Part shown: one piece after another, positions 1 through 8,722 of the stretch
How the letters are laid out: the number at the start of each line of letters is the position of its first letter
Numbering within the stretch: position 1 is the first letter of the stretch
Assembly (NCBI GenBank): GCA_037138355.1
Contig: JBAXIL010000025.1
Location: 1-25,424, forward strand
DNA from: a bacterium
GTDB taxonomy: Bacteria > Oederibacteriota > PGYV01 > Palsa-1178
DNA: 25,424 nucleotides
Reading direction: 5' to 3'
The notes under the pieces: model-generated
Seen by the model: only the letters and a program-made list of their open reading frames with translations
The model's database searches: none
What the model was told of the DNA's origin: nothing
Program-made: the position numbers and the translations under genes

Positions 1-2
1 AT

Positions 3-2294
3 TTATCTTAATATAGCCAATCTACTTAAAGCTTTTTGTTCTGCATCTCCTGATGATGCTTTAATCTTATATATATAAACTCCCGAAGCGAGTTTTTTTC
101 CATCTTTATTAAGTCCATTCCATAATATTTCATTTTTTCCTGCAGGACAAGCCACCTTAGTGGTTGACCCAACAAACTCACCTGATATGGTATAAAATCT
201 TATAGAAACTTCTGAAGCAACAGATATATAAAATACAATATGCGTTGTGTCAGGAAAAGGATTCGGATAATTTGTAATAGGTGTCAAAACTAAAGCAGGT
301 GGCGTGAGTGTCAATGTTGGTGTTATAGTTTGCGTAACTGTCATAGTACTCGTGTCTGTTACGGTGTTCGTACTTGTTGATGTCATTGTACGAGTAACTG
401 TTGGCGTAAAAGTGTTTGTACTTGTCTGCGTTGGTGAAGCAGTATTTGTTGAAGTATTAGTATTTGTATAAGTATAAGTGTTTGTTGGTGTATTTGTAGA
501 AGTATTAGTAATTACAGGAGTATTAGTTGGTGACGCGCCTATTACAACTACTGTTGCATCATTAGAAAGCTTTGGAGGTTGACTCTCATCAGAATCTATT
601 GAGCTTGTATTATGTATGCTTGTCCCACTGGCACAAGCATCTGCTGTCACCCAAAAGGAGCGATTCGTCTGAACATTGTCAAGCCGTCCAGGAAAATCCC
701 AACGAACAATTTTATTTATCGTATCATAAGTACAAGTATCACAACCCACATAAGTAGTACAATTAGGAAGGGTGTCATATACACGACTATTCATAGCAGG
801 ACCTGGACCGAATATTTTCAAATTATCAAATCTGTCTTCCACTTCATTTGTTTGAAATCCAATTCTACCTGGAACAGCAAGCGATGCAGTATTATCATTT
901 AAATTTATTGGCCAAGTTGCAGGCTCAACATTTCCTCTTTTCCAAACTTTTAATTTAAAGTTATTCCCTCTTACTTCAACCTTCATTGTGAACCAAGTAT
1001 CATAAACTATTGAAGCATCATTTACACATAGTAATTGTGTCCAAGTACCTCCAGCCACCCTATCAAAACAAATCTGATGAGCATCAGCCTGAAACCTGGC
1101 ATGATACATATTTTGCGCATCAATAAAATTAAATACTAAAACAGCATCTCCAGGTCCATTTATAGCAGGCACATACATATCAGCAGTGAAAATACCATCA
1201 TGAAGCGCCGGTGTATTTTTTATAAGTTTCGGCCAGGTCCCCATTGAAGTTGTTCCTGTTAAAATTCCACCTCCAACCGTCCATGTACCACCTGGAACTT
1301 CTTGAGTCCAGTTAGTAATATCTGCTGCTGCATCAAAGGCAGTATAATCTTCTGCAGTATAACCATCATTAGTTATTGACATAGTATATGTGATAGTATC
1401 ACCCACATTAACTGTTGAAGGCATTGCCGTTTTGGTAACATTAAATAAAGTATTCGGTCCCGTTGTCATAGTCACGCTATTGCCTGCCACTGTTCCTAAC
1501 TCAGTTGAAGAATACGATGCTTGATTTGTAATAACTGTTCCATCAAGAACTCCTGCTTTAACTGTTCCCATCCAAGTGACAGAGCCTTTAACAGGAGCAG
1601 TAATTGAACCAAGATTAAAAACCACGTCACTTCCTACAAGTGTGCCACCGTTATATGCTTTTAAAAAATCTACTTCTGGAGGTAGTGGATCTGTAATTAC
1701 AAAACTATTGGTATTCACCACAGAATAATTTATTGTGTACATTATATTATATCCAGCGGCCGTATTTGTGCCTTCTACTGTTTTAGTAATTGATGCCGCT
1801 GCTGCAGGAAGTGGTAAAGTAAATGTTGCATAATTTTGTGCGCTTACCTGAACGCCTGGCTGTAAATAACAGTTATAATCTCTCATACCAACAATGACAT
1901 AATATAACACTCCAGGAATCAAATCAGCAGGAAGATTAAAAACAGCAGACGAAGCAGGTGTGCCTATTGGAATACCTGGACCTAAAGCGCAACCACCTCT
2001 AACATATGCAGTAGCCGGCGAAGCAGGAGAAGCACATGTTTCGTCTATTACCACCCACTGTCCCACACTGCCTGCATCTCGTAAAGTAGAAGAAGTGGAA
2101 ATAATTATCTCGTAGTGTGGATTATTAAATTTAGAATCTATCGTATAATCCCAATTCACCTGTAAAGTTCCTCCGAGCACAGGTGAAGCTGGACTATATG
2201 TAATTCCTGAAACAGCCGTAATATTTCCAGAAAATATGGCAAAAGGGATTAACAACATAATAACAACTATAAATAAAAACCTTTTTTTTGCCAT
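3..2294 (-). CDS. Secreted/surface protein: DUF11 Ig-like repeats, inserted ConA/DUF1080-like beta-sandwich, Thr-rich linker, C-terminal FlgD-Ig/T9SS type A-like sorting domain
   Basis: N-terminal signal peptide; DUF11 motifs (SITKT..YTINY..ITDPLP; VTKTA..GDTITYTMSITN..GPGPA..YDTLP); GRIGF..FDNLKI motif; C-terminal NYPNPF..FYTISGE..WNG..G..LASGVYIYKI; SD AGGAGG upstream. Confidence 0.8.
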   Translation of the reverse strand: MAKKRFLFIVVIMLLIPFAIFSGNITAVSGITYSPASPVLGGTLQVNWDYTIDSKFNNPHYEIIISTSSTLRDAGSVGQWVVIDETCASPASPATAYVRGGCALGPGIPIGTPASSAVFNLPADLIPGVLYYVIVGMRDYNCYLQPGVQVSAQNYATFTLPLPAAAASITKTVEGTNTAAGYNIMYTINYSVVNTNSFVITDPLPPEVDFLKAYNGGTLVGSDVVFNLGSITAPVKGSVTWMGTVKAGVLDGTVITNQASYSSTELGTVAGNSVTMTTGPNTLFNVTKTAMPSTVNVGDTITYTMSITNDGYTAEDYTAFDAAADITNWTQEVPGGTWTVGGGILTGTTSMGTWPKLIKNTPALHDGIFTADMYVPAINGPGDAVLVFNFIDAQNMYHARFQADAHQICFDRVAGGTWTQLLCVNDASIVYDTWFTMKVEVRGNNFKLKVWKRGNVEPATWPINLNDNTASLAVPGRIGFQTNEVEDRFDNLKIFGPGPAMNSRVYDTLPNCTTYVGCDTCTYDTINKIVRWDFPGRLDNVQTNRSFWVTADACASGTSIHNTSSIDSDESQPPKLSNDATVVVIGASPTNTPVITNTSTNTPTNTYTYTNTNTSTNTASPTQTSTNTFTPTVTRTMTSTSTNTVTDTSTMTVTQTITPTLTLTPPALVLTPITNYPNPFPDTTHIVFYISVASEVSIRFYTISGEFVGSTTKVACPAGKNEILWNGLNKDGKKLASGVYIYKIKASSGDAEQKALSRLAILR
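300..533 (-). repeat. Low-complexity Thr-X dipeptide repeat linker (about aa 588-665)
   Basis: SPTNTPVITNTSTNTPTNTYTYTNTNT...TPTLTLTP: Thr at nearly every second residue. Confidence 0.85.
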
Positions 2295-2330
2295 AGTTTT
2301 TATCCTCCTAAAACAAAATTACCAATAAAA

Positions 2331-4118
2331 TTATGCAAAAATTTTTGCACATACCAAATCTGGATTATTCCCAAGAACCCTTTGAACAATCGAATCTTCT
2401 TTAATTATCTTTTTTACCATTTCCCTGCCTGCATCTGTACTTCTATTTGTATATTTCATTATTGTATCGCGTACTTCTAAAGGTTCTGATTGTGCTACAT
2501 ATTGTAATAATAACCTGACATTATTTTCTATATTATATATAGTTGCATACCTAAGCAATATATTTATACGGCGTTTTGACATTTTTGGCGGTGGCCCGAG
2601 ACCATTTAAGCAATTAAACACAAAGTCCATATAATTAGTCACGGCATCATCGCGGGAAGCTGCATCCACAAGCTCTGAAGACATAACCATATTCATTTTT
2701 TTATCCTGACCTGTCCATTTTACTTGTGCTGTTTTTTCCACTTTGCCAGTATAGTCACCCATAAAAGTTCCTTCATTTATCTCTCCACGATAATCATATA
2801 TAGGATCCTTTGCAAGATACATTCCTATGGCTTTCATAACCTGAAAATCTACTGGTGAAAAAGAAACTTTTGCACCTTTTTTTCCTGGCTCCCCTGTAAC
2901 AAAACCCATAATAAAACGGTCCTCCAAAAAGTCCACATAATTTCTTATTGGTTCTATAAGTATCGGAGGGATAATAAAATTTCCGTCTTCATCTTTTGGA
3001 AATGCATTTGTATGTATACCAAGTATTTTATCAAGAGAAGTAATTACATTTTTTGGTGTGCAAAAATATGAATCATTTGCTTTTTCAAGATCTGGTATCT
3101 GCGAATTAAGCAGTATTCTTGCACCAGAGTATGGAACTCTGTTTGCTGATTTTTCAGAGGCACTTACTATAAAACTATTTATTATACTCACATCTCTTTT
3201 TATTATATCCGTATGTTCCGCATTATATGAGTCAACTGCACTATTTTCTTCAGCAGTCACTACCGTCAAGGCCTTTTCTATTTCAATTTCTTTTAACTTT
3301 ATATCATCTATCTTTTCTTTTATGGAGTCCACACACTCTGCTGAGCGAGTGAATGTTTCTGAATATAATTTTGTAAAATCGGCAAGCATTTTTGCTATCA
3401 TATCCGATCTAAAAGCCAACATATCTTTCATTTTAATTTCTTCAGGAGTAAGTTTGCTTCCTTTACTCAAAATTCCAAAATATGTATTTAAAGCGTCAAA
3501 ATTATTTTTAAATGCTTTTAACTTTATCTGGTCCAGCTGCTGTATCTTGTCCATATATGAACCCAGCATTCTAACAAGGTTGGCACCAATTTTCAGACTA
3601 TCATTTTTTTTCCATTCTAAGCTTGCTTTAAGTTTTTTTGGATCAACTTTAGTTTCTGTTTTTTTAGATTTTCTTTTCCCCGAAGTGTCTATCAGTTCTA
3701 TCTTACCCTCTGCTATTGCTTTCATTTTTTCTGTAACTGAATAAACTGCACCTGAAGCCGCGCTGGATGTATCTTTATTCCAAAAATCCGCAAAAAGTTG
3801 TTCATAAACTTTAGAATCCATAAGCACTATTTTATTTCCATTTATTTCTACGAAATCGCCTATGGCTCCAGTACACATAAAAAGTTCCTGATATTTATTC
3901 ATATTATTCATTTTTTCATTTATGATTGCACTTACAAGAGTATTATAAGCATTTCTTAATTTATTAACCTTTACCACATCATCAATCTTATTTCCACTAT
4001 CTGATTTTTCTTTTCCAAAAAATTCAATTGCCCCAAGCACATTTGCTTTTATCTCTGAATCAAGTCCTTCAAAAATGTGATTAATAGCTTCTCCTTCTTT
4101 AAATTGTACTGACTCCAT
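2331..4118 (-). CDS. Hypothetical cytoplasmic protein, 595 aa, helical/coiled-coil centre
   Basis: Long ORF, SD AAGGAG upstream, no signal peptide or TM segment, no confidently recognised domain. Confidence 0.8.
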   Translation of the reverse strand: MESVQFKEGEAINHIFEGLDSEIKANVLGAIEFFGKEKSDSGNKIDDVVKVNKLRNAYNTLVSAIINEKMNNMNKYQELFMCTGAIGDFVEINGNKIVLMDSKVYEQLFADFWNKDTSSAASGAVYSVTEKMKAIAEGKIELIDTSGKRKSKKTETKVDPKKLKASLEWKKNDSLKIGANLVRMLGSYMDKIQQLDQIKLKAFKNNFDALNTYFGILSKGSKLTPEEIKMKDMLAFRSDMIAKMLADFTKLYSETFTRSAECVDSIKEKIDDIKLKEIEIEKALTVVTAEENSAVDSYNAEHTDIIKRDVSIINSFIVSASEKSANRVPYSGARILLNSQIPDLEKANDSYFCTPKNVITSLDKILGIHTNAFPKDEDGNFIIPPILIEPIRNYVDFLEDRFIMGFVTGEPGKKGAKVSFSPVDFQVMKAIGMYLAKDPIYDYRGEINEGTFMGDYTGKVEKTAQVKWTGQDKKMNMVMSSELVDAASRDDAVTNYMDFVFNCLNGLGPPPKMSKRRINILLRYATIYNIENNVRLLLQYVAQSEPLEVRDTIMKYTNRSTDAGREMVKKIIKEDSIVQRVLGNNPDLVCAKIFA

Positions 4119-4279
4119 TTACCAATGCTCCTTCTGACTTTTCGTGAGGCTTTTGCCTTAACATTAAAAGTCATGATATTTTTGAAAATACAAATCTATA
4201 TATAGGGAACGCTGTTTCAATTATAAAAAACAACATTTATATACATACCCTATTTATTGATTTGAAAATCTATTGTGTA

Positions 4280-4308
4280 ATATTATACTCTATTTATTGC
4301 TTTGTCAA
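4280..4308 (-). promoter_or_regulatory. Putative sigma70 promoter for the 595-aa gene
   Basis: TTGACA (4308-4303), then TAATAT at 17-nt spacing or TATAAT at 15-nt spacing. Confidence 0.55.
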
Positions 4309-4402
4309 TTTAATAAAACCTTTATAAAACTGAATGTTTTATACTATTTAATCGTTTTTTTATCACATTAACACTATTGTATACAATCTCAACCTGAAGT
4401 TC

Positions 4403-4678
4403 TTATTTATAGTAACAAATATAGGCAACTTCTCCAACTGCCTCAACACCAAAAGACAGGTTTGCTGCAACAATAAAACTTGCTCCCTTATTATATGTGA
4501 CAAAATCTTTCCCAGGAAGTTTCGCTTTCAATATACCTGCTGTTATTACCATAGTTTCTTCCTTAGCCGTTGAAAAAGTATAATTGCCGCTTTCCATGAC
4601 CCCTACTGTGGCATATCCTTCAGTTGTATTAATACTGAGACTTTGAACCTTTCCATTAAAATACTCTGAATGTTTCAA
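4403..4678 (-). CDS. ppnP: Pyrimidine/purine nucleoside phosphorylase (DUF1255, cupin fold)
   Basis: EYFNGKVQSL, ATVGVMESGNYTFST..E.M, YICYY motifs; TTG start with SD AAGGAG. Confidence 0.9.
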   Translation of the reverse strand: MKHSEYFNGKVQSLSINTTEGYATVGVMESGNYTFSTAKEETMVITAGILKAKLPGKDFVTYNKGASFIVAANLSFGVEAVGEVAYICYYK

Positions 4679-4754
4679 TGTTTTCTCCTTTTATGTTTTT
4701 TCAATCATTTTTTTTCTTGCCGCTTAAGTGACTAAAATCTAAGCCTCATTTGTC

Positions 4755-5801
4755 CTACTTTTTTTTTGTTTCTTCAAAACCATGCATAGAAACTCCAAGT
4801 AATCGTATTTTTTTTATACCTGCCTCTGTCTTTTTAAAGAGCTCCTGTATATATTTATTAATTGTTGCACCTGCTTGTATTTGTTTGTCAATTGTAATAC
4901 TACGGGTTATTTGTTTAAAATCAAAATATTTTACTTTTAAAGTTATGGTCTTTCCTTTTATGCCTTCTCTTTTCATGTCTGTTTCCACTTCAAAACATAA
5001 TTGCTCCAGTATATCTTTTAATTCTGCTAAATCATTACTGTCTTTTGCAAATGTAGTTTCTCTTCCAACTGATTTTCTAATCCAGTTAGGTTCTACTAAA
5101 GAATCATCTATACCTCGTGCTAAATTATAAAACCATGCACCGGCTTTTCCAAAATTATCTTCAAGTTCCTGTAAAGTTTTTTTCCTTAAATCTGCCCCTG
5201 TTTTAATATTTATGGCATGCATATTTTTTTCCGTTACCTTTCCCACTCCATGAAAATCTCCTATAGGCAGCTTGGCAATAAAATCAAGCGCCCTCTCCGG
5301 AGTCACTATAGTCAAACCATCTGGTTTTTTATAACCAGATGCAATCTTTGCAAGAAATTTGCAGTACGAAACTCCAGCCGAAGCAGTAAGTCCTGTCTGT
5401 GCAAATATCTTTTTCTTTATCTCTCTGGCAATTACAGTTGCAGATTTAATTTCCATATAATTATCAGTAACATCCAGATACGCCTCATCTAAAGACAGTG
5501 GCTCTACAAGATTTGTATATTCATGAAATATTTTTCTTATTATAGAAGAAGCTTCCTCGTATTTTTTAAAATCAGGACGAAGCAGGACCGCTTCTGGACA
5601 TAAGGCAAGGGCTCTTACTGTTGACATAGCTGAGTGTACACCGAACTTTCTGGCTTCATAAGAACACGCAGCCACTACACCTCTTTCTTGCACTGTACCA
5701 CCTACTATTACAGGTCTTCCCTTTAATTTTGGATTGTCTCGTTGTTCAACAGATGCATAAAAAGCATCCATATCCACATGAACAATTTTTTTTACATTCA
5801 T
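4755..5801 (-). CDS. dinB: DNA polymerase IV (Y family)
   Basis: HVDMDAFYASVE, CSYEARKFGVHSAM, SLDEAYLD, KFLAKIAS..KPDG, little-finger RKSVGRETTF. Confidence 0.97.
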   Translation of the reverse strand: MNVKKIVHVDMDAFYASVEQRDNPKLKGRPVIVGGTVQERGVVAACSYEARKFGVHSAMSTVRALALCPEAVLLRPDFKKYEEASSIIRKIFHEYTNLVEPLSLDEAYLDVTDNYMEIKSATVIAREIKKKIFAQTGLTASAGVSYCKFLAKIASGYKKPDGLTIVTPERALDFIAKLPIGDFHGVGKVTEKNMHAINIKTGADLRKKTLQELEDNFGKAGAWFYNLARGIDDSLVEPNWIRKSVGRETTFAKDSNDLAELKDILEQLCFEVETDMKREGIKGKTITLKVKYFDFKQITRSITIDKQIQAGATINKYIQELFKKTEAGIKKIRLLGVSMHGFEETKKK

Positions 5802-5808
5802 GATTAGC

Positions 5809-6375
5809 TCAAAACCATTTACTTCCAGATTTATGTGCCTTATAACTTTTTATATATTTAATAGCTTCCTTCTCATCTTTTGCCACATAAAACATTTTAT
5901 ATAATTCTTTATTAATAAATTTTTCTTTTTCAAACATTTTAAATATCAACATAAGTTTATTGTAGAAGCCGCCTGTATTTAAAAAGACCAAAGGTTTATT
6001 ATGATAGTGTAATTGTTTTAGCGTAAGTATTTCCATAACCTCTTCAAGAGTTCCTATCCCACCTGGTAAAAAAATAAAAGCACCAGATTTTTTTTCCATA
6101 ATTGTTTTTCTACTGCGTAAATCTTTTGTTATTATAAGCTCATTTAAATCTTCTTTGGAAATTCCATAATTATGTAAGGCCTTTGGCATTACTCCGGTAA
6201 CACGGCCACCTGCTTTTATTACAGCAACTGCTATTTCCCGCATTAATCCCCTATCTGCACCACCATAGACGAGATCATATCCGTTTTTTACCATTTCTTT
6301 ACCTAAGCTATTAGCCGCAGCAAAGTATTTTTTAGCTACCTCATCAGATGAGGAACAAAACACGCATATTTTCAT
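5809..6375 (-). CDS. LOG family (TIGR00730) nucleotide 5'-monophosphate phosphoribohydrolase
   Basis: ICVFCSSS, LVYGG..GLM, PGGIGTLEE; start moved to ATG 6375 because SD AAGAGGTG overlaps the GTG at 6381. Confidence 0.9.
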   Translation of the reverse strand: MKICVFCSSSDEVAKKYFAAANSLGKEMVKNGYDLVYGGADRGLMREIAVAVIKAGGRVTGVMPKALHNYGISKEDLNELIITKDLRSRKTIMEKKSGAFIFLPGGIGTLEEVMEILTLKQLHYHNKPLVFLNTGGFYNKLMLIFKMFEKEKFINKELYKMFYVAKDEKEAIKYIKSYKAHKSGSKWF

Positions 6376-6393
6376 ATACACCTCTTTTATATA

Positions 6394-6421
6394 ATTTTAT
6401 CAGTAAAAAGAACTCCGTCAA
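6394..6421 (-). promoter_or_regulatory. Putative sigma70 promoter for LOG-dinB-ppnP
   Basis: TTGACG-N16-TAAAAT with TGn extended -10. Confidence 0.55.
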
Positions 6422-6468
6422 GGAATAAAAATATATTATCTTTTTTTTGTTTTTGTAGTATACTTCCT

Positions 6469-6497
6469 TTGTTATTAAACATTTGGGTTGCTATACT
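6469..6497 (+). promoter_or_regulatory. Putative sigma70 promoter for lepB
   Basis: TTGTTA-N17-TATACT with TGn extended -10. Confidence 0.55.
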
Positions 6498-6524
6498 TAA
6501 ACCCTCAAAATTAAAGGAGTTCAT

Positions 6525-7247
6525 ATGAAATACATTGATTGGATGGAGATTATTTATTGGAGCCTTTTTGTTTTGCTAATTATAGGTGAAATTCTTGTGG
6601 CATTTGTTTTTAAGCTTGATAAGAAACATGTGGTTCGTGATTGGGTAGAACCTGCTTTTGAAGCCATGATTATAGCAACAATTCTGCGTATTTTTGTTAT
6701 ACAGGCATTTGCTATACCTACACCATCTATGGAAAATACTCTAATGGTAGGCGAACATCCTATGGCTATTAAGTTTGCTTATGGTCTTTATAATCCCATG
6801 GATCAGAAAATGTATTTTGATTTTAATAAACCAAAACGCGGGGATGTAGTTATTTTTCGTGACCCTACCGAGAAAACAAACTCCATGTGGATAAAGCGCT
6901 GTATGGGTCTTCCTGGAGATACTATTCAGGTAAAAGATAAAGCACTATATATTAATGGCAAAAAAATGGACGAGCCATATATTGTACATAAAGATATGAG
7001 GATATTTCCAGCCTATTACCAACCAAGAGATAATTTCGGTCCTATAACCGTCGCTCAAGGAACGCTCTTTATGATGGGCGACAATAGGGACGAGTCATAT
7101 GACAGCAGATTTTTTGGAGCATTACCAATAAATAAAATCAGAGGGCAAGCAGTTCTTGTTTACTGGCCTATAGATAAAATTAAATTAATAAAACAAATTA
7201 AAGTCGAAGTACCACCACCAGCAGTAGTACCTACGCTAACTAAATAA
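6525..7247 (+). CDS. lepB: Signal peptidase I
   Basis: Two TM segments, IPTPSMENTL (catalytic Ser), IKRCMGLPGD (catalytic Lys), MGDNRDESYDSRFFG; SD AAGGAG. Confidence 0.95.
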   Translation: MKYIDWMEIIYWSLFVLLIIGEILVAFVFKLDKKHVVRDWVEPAFEAMIIATILRIFVIQAFAIPTPSMENTLMVGEHPMAIKFAYGLYNPMDQKMYFDFNKPKRGDVVIFRDPTEKTNSMWIKRCMGLPGDTIQVKDKALYINGKKMDEPYIVHKDMRIFPAYYQPRDNFGPITVAQGTLFMMGDNRDESYDSRFFGALPINKIRGQAVLVYWPIDKIKLIKQIKVEVPPPAVVPTLTK

Positions 7248-7277
7248 TTTTTTAAAAGTAGCGTATGTTAAATATAT

Positions 7278-8078
7278 CTATATTATTTTATTTGCTTTAA
7301 TTTCTTCATGTGTTGAATAATAATAAAACCCTAATTTTTCATACACTTTTATGGCTGGAATATTATCAGAAAGCACATTCAAGCCGATATAGCTGACATC
7401 TTTCCACAAATCCATAAGCAAGCTCGCTGTTACAGAACTACCATAACCCATACCTCTATATTCAGGAGCAGTTGCTACATTACCAATGACTGCTATACCT
7501 ATTTCTTTTGAATAAAAGTGTACACCAGCCATGGCAATTAAATCTGAATTTTTCCTTATAATAAAATACTTTCCAGTTTCAAGCATTGCAGGTACAAAAA
7601 ATGCCAATGGATTTATACTTCTTAAAAAATCATTTATTACTTCAAAATCATTTTTATTTACTCTATATGTATACTCCGAATACTTAATAGCTTTATCAAC
7701 CATAATATTTCCTATTATCTTCATTTTATTATATTTAACTAAATTGCTTATCTCATATTCTGGTTTTAACAAAGCCGCAGTTTCACTTATCAAATGGGCA
7801 TTAAAAGCATTTGGAAGTTTTGCTTTTATTTCACTCAAAAGGATAGCAGCTTCTTTTGTGTTTTTATTTTCCAATAAAAACAGAAAATTATCATCACTGG
7901 CTTGTGCTATGTGTACCATAGCCACGGCTTTTATTTCATTATTTTCTAAAGCACAAAACCATTTTGACCGAGTAAAAAGTTTTTCATTAAGATTTCCTAT
8001 CTCATATAAATGTTGATATGGGTCTTCCAGTAAAAAAGCTTTTATTTTTTCTCTGTCAAAAATTTCTCTTATTTCCAT
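7278..8078 (-). CDS. GNAT family N-acetyltransferase
   Basis: C-terminal IGNVATAPEYRGMGYG and N.PAIKVYEKLGF; start overlaps the amrA stop (TAATG). Confidence 0.88.
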   Translation of the reverse strand: MEIREIFDREKIKAFLLEDPYQHLYEIGNLNEKLFTRSKWFCALENNEIKAVAMVHIAQASDDNFLFLLENKNTKEAAILLSEIKAKLPNAFNAHLISETAALLKPEYEISNLVKYNKMKIIGNIMVDKAIKYSEYTYRVNKNDFEVINDFLRSINPLAFFVPAMLETGKYFIIRKNSDLIAMAGVHFYSKEIGIAVIGNVATAPEYRGMGYGSSVTASLLMDLWKDVSYIGLNVLSDNIPAIKVYEKLGFYYYSTHEEIKANKII

Positions 8079-8632
8079 TATTTTATTTCCTTTTCACTAA
8101 ATACCTGCGCTTCAAAAATATATATTTCAGTTTCTTTGTCCTTATAAGCATCAGCTGGTAAGCAGGCCTTTCCCTCACATAAGTTTTCCATAAACTGCTC
8201 TTTGGACCACCCTGTCTCCACGGCTACCTGTGGAAGAAATACGCCACTGGCAAAACCGCGTTTAACTATAACCCCATGTACTCCCAGTTTTATTTCATCC
8301 AGATTTTTTATCTTTTTTTTGGGAAATAAAACCGATACCTCCAAAACTATATCTTTTAGTTCCTCCACCTTTACTGGTTCAAATCTTGGGTCACTTGAAG
8401 AAGCTTCCATAGCCATTTCAATTATAGTTTCATATAAAGGTTTGTTTGATTCTATCATTCCTATACAGCCTCTTAATTGTTTGTTTTTATGCAAGGACAC
8501 AAAGGCTCCTGCCTGCTGTTTTAGATTTTTATTATCAGTTATATATTTTTTTATGATGCCATTGGTTACATAAGATTCCATGGCTTGCCTGGCTAAAACA
8601 AGAATTTCTTTCTTTTCTTTTGGTGTAAGCAT
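8078..8632 (-). CDS. amrA: AmmeMemoRadiSam system protein A (AMMECR1 domain)
   Basis: GAFVSL..LRGCIG, DPRF, EVSVL, G.HG, GVFLPQVA.E.GW; SD AGGAGG. Confidence 0.92.
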   Translation of the reverse strand: MLTPKEKKEILVLARQAMESYVTNGIIKKYITDNKNLKQQAGAFVSLHKNKQLRGCIGMIESNKPLYETIIEMAMEASSSDPRFEPVKVEELKDIVLEVSVLFPKKKIKNLDEIKLGVHGVIVKRGFASGVFLPQVAVETGWSKEQFMENLCEGKACLPADAYKDKETEIYIFEAQVFSEKEIK

Positions 8633-8675
8633 TTATTCCCTCCTAAGCATAAAATAAAACCTTCTTAAAAATCTC

Positions 8676-8703
8676 TTGACAAATTTCCTAATCAAAATAT
8701 AAT
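8676..8703 (+). promoter_or_regulatory. Consensus sigma70 promoter of the tRNA gene
   Basis: TTGACA-N16-TATAAT ending 19 nt upstream of the tRNA. Confidence 0.8.
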
Positions 8704-8722
8704 TGATATCTGTCCACAGCGT

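Noticed and set aside
6375..6389. TATACA half-site at the LOG start as an SOS box for dinB
   Set aside because: The second half-site is absent (CTTTTA instead of TGTATA), and the sequence is explained by the SD/start region.
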